From contig NW_027266273.1 of the NCBI RefSeq assembly GCF_022045235.1, positions 9,489,701-9,550,000 of the forward strand: a stretch of DNA of 60,300 nucleotides. Reading direction: 5' to 3'. Below, one piece after another: positions 50,301 to 60,300 of the stretch; positions within the stretch are counted from its first letter, which is position 1, and every line of letters starts with the position of its first letter. This DNA comes from Haliotis cracherodii (Eukaryota). The notes under the pieces were generated by a model. The model had not been told where the DNA came from. It was given only the letters and a program-made list of their open reading frames with translations, and ran no database searches. Both the position numbers and the translations under genes were made by a program.

Positions 50301-50358
<58 letters not shown>

Positions 50359-50488
50359 CGTCATACAACGCGTCCTATACTCGTGACGTCAGCACTTGGC
50401 GATTGTGGTTTTGTATTCTAACGGTGATCGCCTTTTTGTGCGTAGTTCGTCAACCATTCTGTTAATGCGTGTCCTGTCAGGTGTGTGT
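50254..50488. repeat. direct repeat of about 55 bp (2 copies) with (GT)n and TGACGTCA sites
   Basis: TTTTTGTGCGTAGTTCGTCAACCATTCTGTTAATGCGTGTCCTGTCAGGTGTGTGT at about 50255 and 50433; two TGACGTCA palindromes lie between them. Confidence 0.85.
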
Positions 50489-50630
50489 TTGCGTGCGTGT
50501 GTGCGTGCATGCGTGCTCTTAAAGAATACCAAAAAGAATATACATTTAACAAAAAATCATTTTATTACATGTGAAATAAAATATATACAAATAACGATAC
50601 GTTGTCAAGCAATGATATTATTACATAGAA

Positions 50631-51738
50631 TTATATACACGTAGAAATACAAATGAACGACTTAGGGGAAGTTGAGACTTGTTTTGACCCCGCTCCTATG
50701 CGGGGCCGTCTTACACGTCTCGGGGGTGCACCGTGGTGGTGTACGTCAGCCACCACGGTTAAAGTGTTCGTGGTGCTCACTTCCGTCGCTTCCTTAGAGG
50801 GAGGGGGAGTCACCGAAGACGTTGCGCTAGACGCGCCAAACAGTTCTGTAGCGAGGGAGGATGGGAATGTTGTGCTCTCATCGTTCCAGGGCACCCGCTG
50901 TGCATTCTCGGGAGAGAGTGAGTGAGTGGGTGAGTGAGTGCTCTCCTCATCGATGTAGAGAGGCGTGTTCGATTCTTCAACCGGCAGCTTGCTAATGGGG
51001 CTGACTCCTAGCCGCCACTACCCGCTGAGCACTCTCCGGAGGGCTGCCTCTAACGGTATCGGTGGGTAGTCGCGGTACTGGAGCCACCACTCCAGTGGTT
51101 TCACCTCTATCTTCCGAATCTTCATTCAAACTAAAACGTCGTTCCAGACCCGTAATACACTTTAATTTTCTGTAATGCGAGCCTAGGATCGCGCGACCTT
51201 TAGTTTGAGTGCCGATATCGGCCGTTGTTTTGACGCAACACTTCGCACACCTCTCTAAAGGTATCGCCATCTCACCCTCCCACTCACCCTCCCCGTCACA
51301 GGTCTATATACGGTTTTCCACCGAAACAGCAGCAACATTTGGACCGCGCATACTCTCTATACAGTCCCTGGCGTTAGTGTTGCACCTGTGACACTTGGTA
51401 CGGGGGCATTTAGAGGCCCAATCATCGGAACCCCCGCATCTGAAGCATTTACCGAATGCGGGAACCAGGTCCGAGGAAACAGTTGGTCTCCCATGTACAG
51501 CGGTAGGAGCACTAGCAGCAGCAGCATCAAGAACACCTCCTCCACGAACAGCAGGGACAGGGTCAACTACACCGGCAACTCCGTGCCTCACATCAAGGGC
51601 TTGACGGACAGGTCAAGATCCGGACAGGTCAAGATCCGGACAGGTCCTCAGATAGTGTCCCCGCCTGTTACAGCGGGTATGTCTGGTGTTGTCTCGGTGG
51701 CGCTGGCAGGAACCTCGTTGTTGGTAGGGGAAGACATC
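50631..51738 (-). pseudogene. decayed zinc-knuckle (CCHC-like) ORF inside the Polinton-like region
   Basis: ORFs 51304-51591 and 50992-51270 share a frame across one stop; GKCFRCGGSDDWASKCPRTKCHRC. An upstream TATATA lies near 51850 and a downstream AATAAA near 50565 on the minus strand. Confidence 0.55.
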
Positions 51739-51932
51739 TCGTTACCAAGCAGCGCTGGTAGAAAGACAATGGTGAGAGGAGAGTAGGGTCTGTACTGATC
51801 GCTAGCAGTAAGCAGAATAATTCAACAGTCGTCACCTACCGGCTCATATATAGAGCCATCCCTAGAGGCGAGGTTCTTGTTGACATGACAACAAAGGTCA
51901 TTCAGTTCTAGAGGGGAGATTCTCGCTCACCC

Positions 51933-52827
51933 CAATCTCATTAAAATCAGATCTTAGTTCTCACTACCGCGATACAAAAATCTGAGGACATCCCATTACG
52001 GGTCAAGTCAGACCGACCTTGCGCGAACTTTGACCGACCAATGGAATGACCAATCAGAAGGCAGCTTTCTTGTGCTTTACCATTCGTGACCAACTCCTGT
52101 TATTCCGGGACAAGCCAAATAGCGACTCGTGCCCCTCTCAAGGCCATTTTTGCGACCGGGTTCCGTCTTAGCGCAAACGGGCATACCTTTAACAATTGTC
52201 AACTCGTTGCGTAATGGTACATATATATTTCCCCATATATTATATATATTTCAAATGCAATTTAAAACACATCGGGATATGCGGCATTATACAGTATGAT
52301 TGAACACATGATGCAAGACATATGTAAAATCAAAAATTATTTCTGAGGGATTCTTTGACGCAGAACTTGAAATCATACGCGCATTCTGATTGGTTTGTCG
52401 TATTTTCGCGCATAACATTCATCGATAGGGGGACGAGTCTTCTTGCAGGTTACGGAAAGGGGTGAGTGGTGACGAATGGTGCTTTACAGCACAAATTTCA
52501 AATTGGCGACTTCGCTTCGAAACATAGTTCGACAAATTCTCGATTTCAAATTTGAAAGTTGAACAAAAAAACATTCTGGAACGGCTAATCGATTGTCTAG
52601 ATTGTAAGGATTCAGTCGTTAACCTGTAACTTTCGTTCGGAATACCCCGTGTTAAAGTTTTCGAGATTGCATGATTAGAAATCACATTCCGACTGTCACT
52701 TTCATAATCTGGTAAGCGACGCACTGATTGGTTGGATGAAAGGTCGTTCTGACGTGAAACTTAATGGGATGTCTTCAGATCTTTGTTTGGCCGTAGCGAG
52801 AACTAAGCTCTGATTTTAATGAGATTG
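51933..52827. mobile_element. MITE-B, 9-bp TSD, hosting MITE-C
   Basis: TIR CAATCTCATTAAAATCAGA.CTTAGTTCTC.CTAC and its reverse complement; TSD cgctcaccc at 51924-51932 and 52828-52836. The empty site is visible in the inverted copy near 58785, and the internal part is also seen at about 18600-18880. Confidence 0.88.
52081..52478. mobile_element. MITE-C, 9-bp TSD
   Basis: Ends CATTCGTGACCAACTC / GAGTGGTGACGAATG; TSD gtgctttac at 52072-52080 and 52479-52487. Confidence 0.9.
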
Positions 52828-53118
52828 CGCTCACCCCAGCAACCAATCAATATCGCCACACACCAGTCACCCGACTGTTTTTAAAACGATGTTTAATCCC
52901 AAATTACTACATCAAGACCGCCGTCCTCTGGTCTGATTATACGTATGATTAAGCCTTCGAATCACTGACTTACTTACGCCACTTATTCCCGTAGTTGGTA
53001 TCGTTAAAGTACATTAAACCACGCCCTCTCGCACTGTCAATAATAATAATAGGTAACAATACTGCGCCATTTCCCGACCATCGTCATTTTTACTGCCAAC
53101 ACGTTCACACGACTTAAC

Positions 53119-54095
53119 ATGGATCTACAGGCACTCACCGACAACCAGCAAATAGATATTATGTCTAACGTTCTGAGACTACACGAAATAGACGATTCGG
53201 ATGACGATCTATTGGTGATGAGGACGAGACTGATGCTGATAATGAGTTATTCAGTAACATGGAAAGTATCATACCCCTCCTACAAGACCCCGAGGAAGAG
53301 GACAATATTTTACTTTATTTTTCATCCGACGACGAAGATTACGACCTACTCACCCGTCAAACATACCTGCAATCTTGGGCAGGAGAACACCCCTCGTCTC
53401 CTCTCAATAATCGCGGACGGGAAGACGACGTGATGGAAGAAGAAGAAGATCAGATACAGCATGACGGTGCCGATCACGCACCACAACAGCTAGACGACAC
53501 CAGATCAGTGCAGATCCCGAACTTGTCCCGACACGAGGTTTCGACGCCCTTGTCGCCCGCCTGGGTAATCTGGAAAGTAAGTAAATATAACATCGCTATT
53601 TTCAAATAGTAAGAAGCTAGACGACAACATCGACGACCACGATACCCAAGCAGACTATTCGCCGCACAGAGTGTTTTACCTGCAACAATCTCGACATATG
53701 GACAGTCAGCGATATCGTGAGTCGAACATCACGTACGCCAGTTCAAATTCTTACAGGAATTCCAGGATAATGTACCGGGCAGTGCAGATCCCAAATTTGT
53801 CCTGACACGAGGTCCTTGTCGCCCGCCTGGGTAATCTGGAAAGTAAGTAAATATAACATCGCTATTTTCAAATAGTTAGAAGCTAGACGACAACATCGAC
53901 GACCACGATACCCAAGCAGACTATTCGCCGCACAGAGTGTTTTACCTGCAACAATCTCGACATATGGACAGTCAGCGATATCGTGAGTCGAACATCACGT
54001 ACGCCAGTTCAAATTCTTACAGGAATTCCGGGCAGTGCAGATCCCGAACCTGTCCTGACACGAGGTCCTCGTCGCCCGCCTGGGTAATCTGGAAA
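53119..54095 (+). pseudogene. decayed acidic ORF upstream of pPolB (possible polymerase N-terminal region or separate gene)
   Basis: MDLQALTDNQQ...DDSDDD...EEEEDQIQHDGA...FYLQQSRHMDSQRYRES, broken by frameshifts and by tandem duplications of about 265 bp (53615-53875 and 53882-54128). Confidence 0.5.
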
Positions 54096-54869
54096 GTAAG
54101 TAAATATTACATCGCCATTTTCAAATATTTTGAAGTTGTAATAGAAAACATATTTCCCTATCTGGTTTTCTGAAAATTACATAGCTGTCTACATGTCTCT
54201 ATCAAAAACCCAAGGGAGTCTGTAGAACACCCCTAGCTCGTATCACATCAACGTTTATTCACGTTATTTATATTCGTGTCTTCCACAGATATCAATTGGT
54301 CAGCAGAAATAGTACAAGTGCAATATGCAGGCAAAGAGCACTAATTCATTTTAGTTTCAAGCAACAATTACTATTGTACTTCAATTCACATTTACAAAGT
54401 TTCAGAATTCCCAAATTTCTATTATGATCACGAAATCTAAATGACTACTGTGTTGAACGATGTTGCCTATCCTAACTCTAAAGCCAAACTGAATTACAAC
54501 GACACAGGGTGGTCGACACATGGCGCACATGCAGGCTTTTTTCATGCATTTAGATATGTATCCGCGAAGTAAAGCAATGTGTGCGCGAACTATTTTCACA
54601 CACAGGAACGAAACAGAACGACCTGTTTGGAAAGATAGCATACTCACAGCAATACAACCTGTGATGACAATATCCTTAAGTCCATATCCCCCCTCCTTGA
54701 TAGATCGGAGTCTTATCAACACAAAATAATCCCCAACTTTCCAGCATCAAAATAATATCCTCGATCACATCCACAAACGTATCGAAAAGTTCAATACATA
54801 ATGCACTGAATACATCCAATGTCACGATGTATCCATTTTCATGAAACAATGTCTCACAAGTATTCAAAT

Positions 54870-56870
54870 TTTGAGTTCACAGTCTCCGCGGACATGATAA
54901 CTCTGTACTAAGAGCAGAGCGACCTCGAGACCCCCGTATGTATCCCTTTCACCAGGTTTTCAGACCTTACAGGTGCCACGATATTGAGAACGATGGACCA
55001 TGTGGCCCAGTCTAACACATCTTTCGCGTTTAACTGTACAATGACAGTGAAACTGAACGTAGATAGGAATCCTGTCGCTGTGGGTAGGGGTAATGGACGC
55101 TGTCTGAGCAAGAAAGGAGGCATTTACCATGCGTAAAACAACTAGGGGTAGTTGTATTACTAAAAGAGAGAATGATGATCATTTATACTTTTGTCGGGCT
55201 ATTGCTGTCGCCCTTCTTTTTTCTGAGGTATTCGTTAATACCGCGGAATATTACCAAGCATAGAACATAAAAAACATTACGCCAAACGAGAAGCGTTCCT
55301 GCGGGATGTAGGTGATGCGCACACCAGAGCCACGGAAGATTTGTACAGACGGGCGGGTCTCAGACCGGAAGCATGTTTGGAAGGTCGTCCCGCGTGGGAG
55401 GCGTTTCAAGCATGCTTGAGGGACGAGGCACGCTTGCACGTACTCACTATCACTCCCGGTAATGACCCTTCTATCCTGTTCGCTCTGCACAACCCTACTG
55501 GTATAGCCGAACACAACACCGGCATTGATATTTTCAGGTGGGCTGCAAATACTGCCAGGGGTGGTCCAGCTGGTCACTACGACTGTATCAATTCGGTAGC
55601 GGGTGTGTACGGTGATAACAAATATTGCAGGCTATGTCATAGGGGGTATACGTCCGACGATACACATGCCTGTACTAAAGAATATACATGTGGAAAATGT
55701 GGACGTAAGGGTATAAACTGCCTCTACACTTTCCGGAAACAACGGAAACCATGTCGAGAGTGTCGCGTATGGTTCCCTACGAGGGACTGTCACACGGCTC
55801 ATATCGCCAACAGGTGAGATTCTGGTGAGTGAGTATGGTTTTACGCCGTTGTAAGCAATATTCCAGCAATATCACGACGGGGGACACCAGAAATGGGCTT
55901 CACACATTGTGCCCATGTCGGAAATCGAACCCGGGTCTTCGGCGTGACGAGCGAACGCCGTCAAAGAGGAGGATTGTCCAGAGTATAGCATGACCAAGTA
56001 TATCTTTTACGATTTCGAATCCATGTGTGAAGAAAATGGGAAACATATGCCTAACGTTTGCATTCCCTAGCTGGGTTGCGGTAAGTGCATGGTTACGGAG
56101 TCTGAGTACTTGTGTCAGTCATGCCCTTGGCGTGCCGAGAAGAGAACTCGCTGCGTACAGACAGATTTTAAACGGGAAATAGTCATAGACGGTCCTCACA
56201 CCGGCACTCGTTGGCCAGTTTTTCTCTCGTCTCGTGCTATCTTCAAAATTGCAACGAACAGCTACCGAGATAACTGTCGTCTCAACAGGGGGTGAGTCTA
56301 CAGGAGAACCCAATCAAAGTTCTACCACTAGCGATGAAGGTGGCAACCATAGCATCGTTGTTGTGGCTCACTATGCCAAGGGTTATGATAATCATTTCGT
56401 TTTGAAAACGCTAGACAATCTGACACTAAAGCCCGAGGTGATCTTGACCAGTGGTAAAATTTTGAACATGCTTACCGGTAGATTTCTCTTTCGCGCCTGA
56501 AGAACTTCTGTAAGACATTTGGGTTGACCGGAGGTGAAAAGGGGTATTTTCCCCATCTCTTCAATAAGGTCGGCGCAAATCAGTCAGCTATCCTGGACAG
56601 TCTACCCACCTCACACTTTTACGATCTGGATAGTATGTCCCGAGACGGTCGCGACATTTTTATGTCGTGGTATAGGGAAAATGAGCAAAACTCTTCAATA
56701 TGCAAGTCGAACTCATAAAGTATTGTCGGCAAAACGAGGACATCTTAAGACGAGGTTGTGCGAAATTCATAGACACATTCCTGTCTCTGAACGACGTCAA
56801 CCCCTTTTTCGAGTGTCTGACTTTGCCCCACGCCTACATGCTGACGTTTAAACGAAAGTACTTGAAACCC
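54870..56870 (+). pseudogene. protein-primed family B DNA polymerase remnant (Polinton type)
   Basis: In order across frameshifts: CRAIAVA; GHYDCINS...YCRLCHRGY..C..C Cys-rich block; YIFYDFES (Exo I); VVAHYAKGYD (Exo II); KTFGL..EKGYFPHLFN; LIKYCRQNEDILRRGC (Exo III); NPFFECLTL. The polymerase domain itself is absent. Confidence 0.88.
55825..55959 (-). mobile_element. 5'-truncated family 1 SINE inserted in pPolB
   Basis: Tail, body and B box present; A box missing. Confidence 0.85.
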
Positions 56871-57407
56871 ATGGTTGAGCAGTACCTTGAGCAGGAGACA
56901 ATTGTCCGCATGGATTGGCCAGCGCGTTCGTCGGACTTGAACCCGATTGAGCATGTCTGGAACATGCTGCAGGTTGCCCTTTCACGCCGTAGAGCACAAC
57001 CCACGACTTTGGCAGAGCTCGGACATGCCCTCGTGGAAGAGTGGAACAACCTTCCCATTGGGAACATCCGGGTGCTTATTGACAGCATATCTCGACGTTG
57101 TCAGGCCGTCATTGATGCAAGGGGAGGTCATACTCGATATTGACACTTCATCGACTAAGTGTAATGATGGACTATCCCTCATAACTGTGTAATTCTTTCT
57201 CTTGTTTGCTGTTAACATTTTTTAATGAAATGCCTTTTGGTGTTTGCAGATGTCAAACATTCCATATTGATACAAGTTCATGCCGTTCATGACTTTTCAT
57301 TCATAACATGATTAAACACGTTTCTGAGTCAGAGTCATGTCTTTTGTTATGTTTGTGGTAACTTACACACATATCACCTAGTGATCCTTATCAAATTTTG
57401 AGTAGTA
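56871..57407 (+). mobile_element. 3' fragment of a Tc1/mariner element
   Basis: Encodes DWPARSSDLNPIEHVW...RCQAVIDARGGHTRY* (stop at 57143); ends in TIR-like GTGATCCTTATCAAATTTTGAGTAGTA followed by TA. Confidence 0.88.
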
Positions 57408-57409
57408 TA

Positions 57410-58868
57410 TTTGAAAATGGCGATGTAATATTTACTTACTTTCCAGATTACCCAGGCGGGCGACAAGGACCCCGTGTCAGGACAAGTTCGGGATCTGCAC
57501 TGCCCGGTACATTATCCTGGAATTCCTGTAAGAATTTGAACTGGTACGTGATGTTCGACTCACGATATCGCTGACTGTCCATACGTCGAGATTGTCGCAG
57601 GTAAAACACTCTGTCTGCGAGTAGTCTGCTTGGGTATCGTGGTCGTCGATGTTGTCGTCTAGCTGTTGTGGTGCGTGATCGGCACCGTCATGCTGTATCT
57701 GATCTTCTATCACGTCGTCTTCCCGCCCGCGATTATTGAGAGGAGACGAGGGGTGTTCTGTCCCAGATTGCAGGTAAGTTAACTCATAATCAACATCATT
57801 CTCGTCATCTTCCCGAGGCAAGAGAGTTAACTGACTTTAAAAGTCCAGTTTCCACCCTTGCCGAAATAGGCTGGAATTACTGGGCTCGATCGTAGCGCCA
57901 CCAGTGGCTATTACCAGCCATGTCCCTTCTAAGCCTCTACTATGGACCAATCAGATTCCACCTCTCGTATCACTTGCGTTTGCTTCACAAAAAATGGTGG
58001 CGCCCGGTCAGTTAGATCTGATCGACAATCAAGATCTATATTCTGATAAAACGGGTTTTACATCGCGAAATGCATCAAATCACGTGAGCACCTTGATTAA
58101 AAACATGAAAACATTTGGAAAATGTCTGCTGACAACGAGTTGGCGGTGAACATGCTTTGCAGATCCTGCAATCGACCGAAATCTGTACGACAGTGTACGA
58201 ACCGGATTTCGATTTCTGTGCGCGATTTTGATTGAACTATGCAAAGACTCGTTAGTTCAGCCAAAATGTAACTCCATAATACTAGCCTAGTTCGGCAAGG
58301 GTGGAAACTGGACTTTTATAGTCAGTTAACTCTCTTACCTCGGGAAGATGCATTCTCGTCCACCATAACCAATAGATCGTCATCCGATGCGTCTATTTGT
58401 GTAGTCTCAGAACGTTACACATAATAACTATTTCCTGACTCTCGGTGAGTGCCTGTAGATCCATATTACGTCGTGTCAACGTGTTGGCAGTAAAAATGAC
58501 GATGGTCAGGAAATGGCGCAGTATCGTTACCTATGCGCAATTTAAGGTATTATCATTACTATTGATAGTGCGAGAGGGCGTGTCTTAATGTATTATAACG
58601 ATACCATCTACGGCAATAAGTGGCGTAAGTAAGTCAGTGATTCGAAGGCTTAATCATACGTATAAACAGACCAGAGGACGGCGGTCTTGATGTAGTAATT
58701 AGGGATTAAACACGTGGACAGACCGACATCGTTGTAAAAACAGTCGGTGACTGGTGTGTGGCGATATTGATTGGTCGCTGGGGTGAGCGAGAACCTCCCC
58801 TCTAGAACTGAATGGCCTTTGTTGTTATGTCAACAGGAACCTGGCCTCTATGGGTGGCTCTATATATA
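57410..58868 (-). mobile_element. inverted second copy of the Polinton-like promoter and acidic ORF segment
   Basis: Reverse complement of about 51845-51932 plus 52828-54128, with substitutions and indels. Confidence 0.85.
57806..58350. mobile_element. MITE-A, 9-bp TSD
   Basis: Same TIRs as 7396-7927; TSD cattctcgt at 57797-57805 and 58351-58359. Confidence 0.92.
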
Positions 58869-58919
58869 CTGATGGAAATAAATAAGGGATCGCATGGTGT
58901 GTTTGGTCAATGAGTCCGA

Positions 58920-59108
58920 ATGTTGTTACACAGACGTTTACCACTTCCGGGAAACCCACGAGCACGGTTATGGTGCTGACAAACCTAGAAACATAATCGG
59001 GGCGAACCGGGATTCGAACCCACAATCATAGGTTTCTGGAGTGCCCAAGGGACGCAACCCTGCGCAGCGGATCGCGGCGCCTTAGACGACTGGGCCACAC
59101 GTGCCCCC
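58920..59108 (-). mobile_element. family 4 SINE (3'-truncated)
   Basis: Head GGGGGCACGTGTGGCCCAGTCGTCTAAGGCGCC and B box GGTTCGAATCC. Confidence 0.82.
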
Positions 59109-59330
59109 TGCAACTTAGAAACAATCCCTAATAAAAGTAAAGTTTTCAGTGGCGCACTGCAAGCGAGAATGACCACTCTATACATGCTTGACCTTATATA
59201 GCCTCTTATAAGCGCCCTCTACTATTACACAACACCATGTTGTATTTTCCTACGACAGGAGAAAGTAATTTCTTTCTTATTCGTACCTCAAACGAAAGAA
59301 ATAATATTCCTCTCACGACTGTGGAACCTC

Positions 59331-60225
59331 TACAGGCAGAACGGCGATGTTGTCATGAGACGTGGGCGTGGGCGACCAAAGAAAACTACAGCTTGTCAAG
59401 ATCGTCAGATTCGGCTGATTTGTTTGAGGGATCGCTTTAAACCTCCCCCAAAAGTGAATGCCGAGTTCAGAGCTGTCATACATCTACGGTTGAGTGAGCG
59501 CACAAAACGTAACAGGCTGCGTTCAGCGGGTCTACAAAGTCGCCGTCCCGTGGTAGGAATCAGGATGACTCAAGAACACAAACGGCGAAGGTTCCAGTGG
59601 GCAAGGCAGCATGGAGCCAGACAGCTGCGTCGTTGGCGATACACCATGTTCAGCGATGAGTCTCGTTTCAATATGGACAATGCAGATGGTCGGATACGTG
59701 TTTGGAGACAACACAATGAACGATACCAAGCATGCACTGTCAAACAGCATGACAGATACGGAGGTGGATCAGTGATGGTCTGGGGTGGAATCACCTACGA
59801 CAACCGAACAGATTTGATTCGTGTGGATGGTCGTCTAACTGGTGTTCGTTACCGTGACGAAGTGTTACGCCCAGTGGTGCTTCCGTTCGCTAACAGAGTT
59901 GGGCGGTTGTTCGAGTTTCAGCAGGACAATGCAAGGCCACATACTGCTCGTGTTTCAGCAGATTCTTTGAGGCAGAACCAGGTCGCTGTGCTTCCATGGC
60001 CGGCTAAAGGTCCAGACGTTAACCCGATAGAAACATTTATGGGACGTTCCTGGTCGTCGGGTACGAGATCGCATTAATCAACCTCGTAATCTGGACGAGA
60101 TGTTTGACTGTTTAAGACAAGAGTGGCATAATGTTTCAAGGGCTACAATCCGGGCATTAATTCGGAGTATGCCAAGACGTTGTCAGGCTGTTGTGAGAGC
60201 TCGTGGTGGTCACACGTCATACTGA
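59331..60225 (+). pseudogene. Tc1-family DD34E transposase, 5'-truncated and frameshifted
   Basis: GRPKKTT, FSDESRF, QQDNARPH and GPDVNPIE with D-34-E spacing. After a frameshift near 60032 it continues HLWDVLGRRV...RCQAVVRARGGHTSY*. Confidence 0.9.
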
Positions 60226-60300
60226 AGAACTGAGATTAAGTCATTATTTACCATGTAGCTTTCATTTGATCAAGTGTTGTATTATAATCTTATGTCTGCA

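Larger units (their letters stand above)
50116..56870 (+). mobile_element. decayed Polinton/Maverick-type element (left part)
   Basis: Protein-primed polymerase B remnants, compact ORFs with TATA and poly(A) signals, and AGTAGT plus a hairpin at the left boundary. The boundary is inferred; no integrase, capsid or right terminus is seen. Confidence 0.7.

Noticed and set aside
54402-54867. Minus-strand ORFs between the acidic ORF and pPolB
   Set aside because: No recognisable motif; they could be decayed element sequence but cannot be supported.
56700-57143. Functional polymerase-transposase fusion protein
   Set aside because: Both parts are fragments lacking most catalytic residues, and the upstream frame is broken.
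57401-57407. AGTAGT as a second Polinton terminus
   Set aside because: It is the end of the Tc1 terminal repeat, followed by TA, and a right Polinton end should read ACTACT.
51845-58868. Inverted arms as the true terminal inverted repeats of one element
   Set aside because: They contain promoter and coding sequence, lack terminal motifs or a TSD, and element-like sequence continues to the left.

Overview
Eukaryotic, intron-rich, repeat-dense animal DNA; a gastropod mollusc such as abalone is my inference from the SINE content, not a demonstrated assignment. There are three zones. (1) About 3.8-25.6 kb: four 3-exon paralogs encoding double hot-dog, acyl-ACP-thioesterase-like proteins, arranged A> B> <C <D. 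A and B have presequence-like first exons, C and D have short hydrophilic ones, candidate alternative first exons are present, and there are conversion-like tracts of near identity. (2) About 29.5-48.4 kb: a cluster of secreted cysteine-rich genes. It holds an intact 5-exon gene (signal peptide + IGFBP-N-like CGCC domain + two thyroglobulin type-1 domains), an intact 4-exon paralog with its own signal-peptide exon and only the two thyroglobulin domains, a chimeric pseudogene, and an orphan inverted first exon. (3) About 50.1-58.9 kb: a decayed Polinton/Maverick-type element with protein-primed polymerase B remnants, a candidate AGTAGT terminus with a 17-bp hairpin, a zinc-knuckle accessory ORF and an inverted partial second copy. 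Scattered throughout are four SINE-like families, three MITE families with 9-bp target duplications, three Tc1/mariner DD34E-type elements and a 24-bp minisatellite whose single-copy ancestor is visible in paralogous introns. All gene models were read by eye from splice signals and frame continuity, without expression data or database searches.
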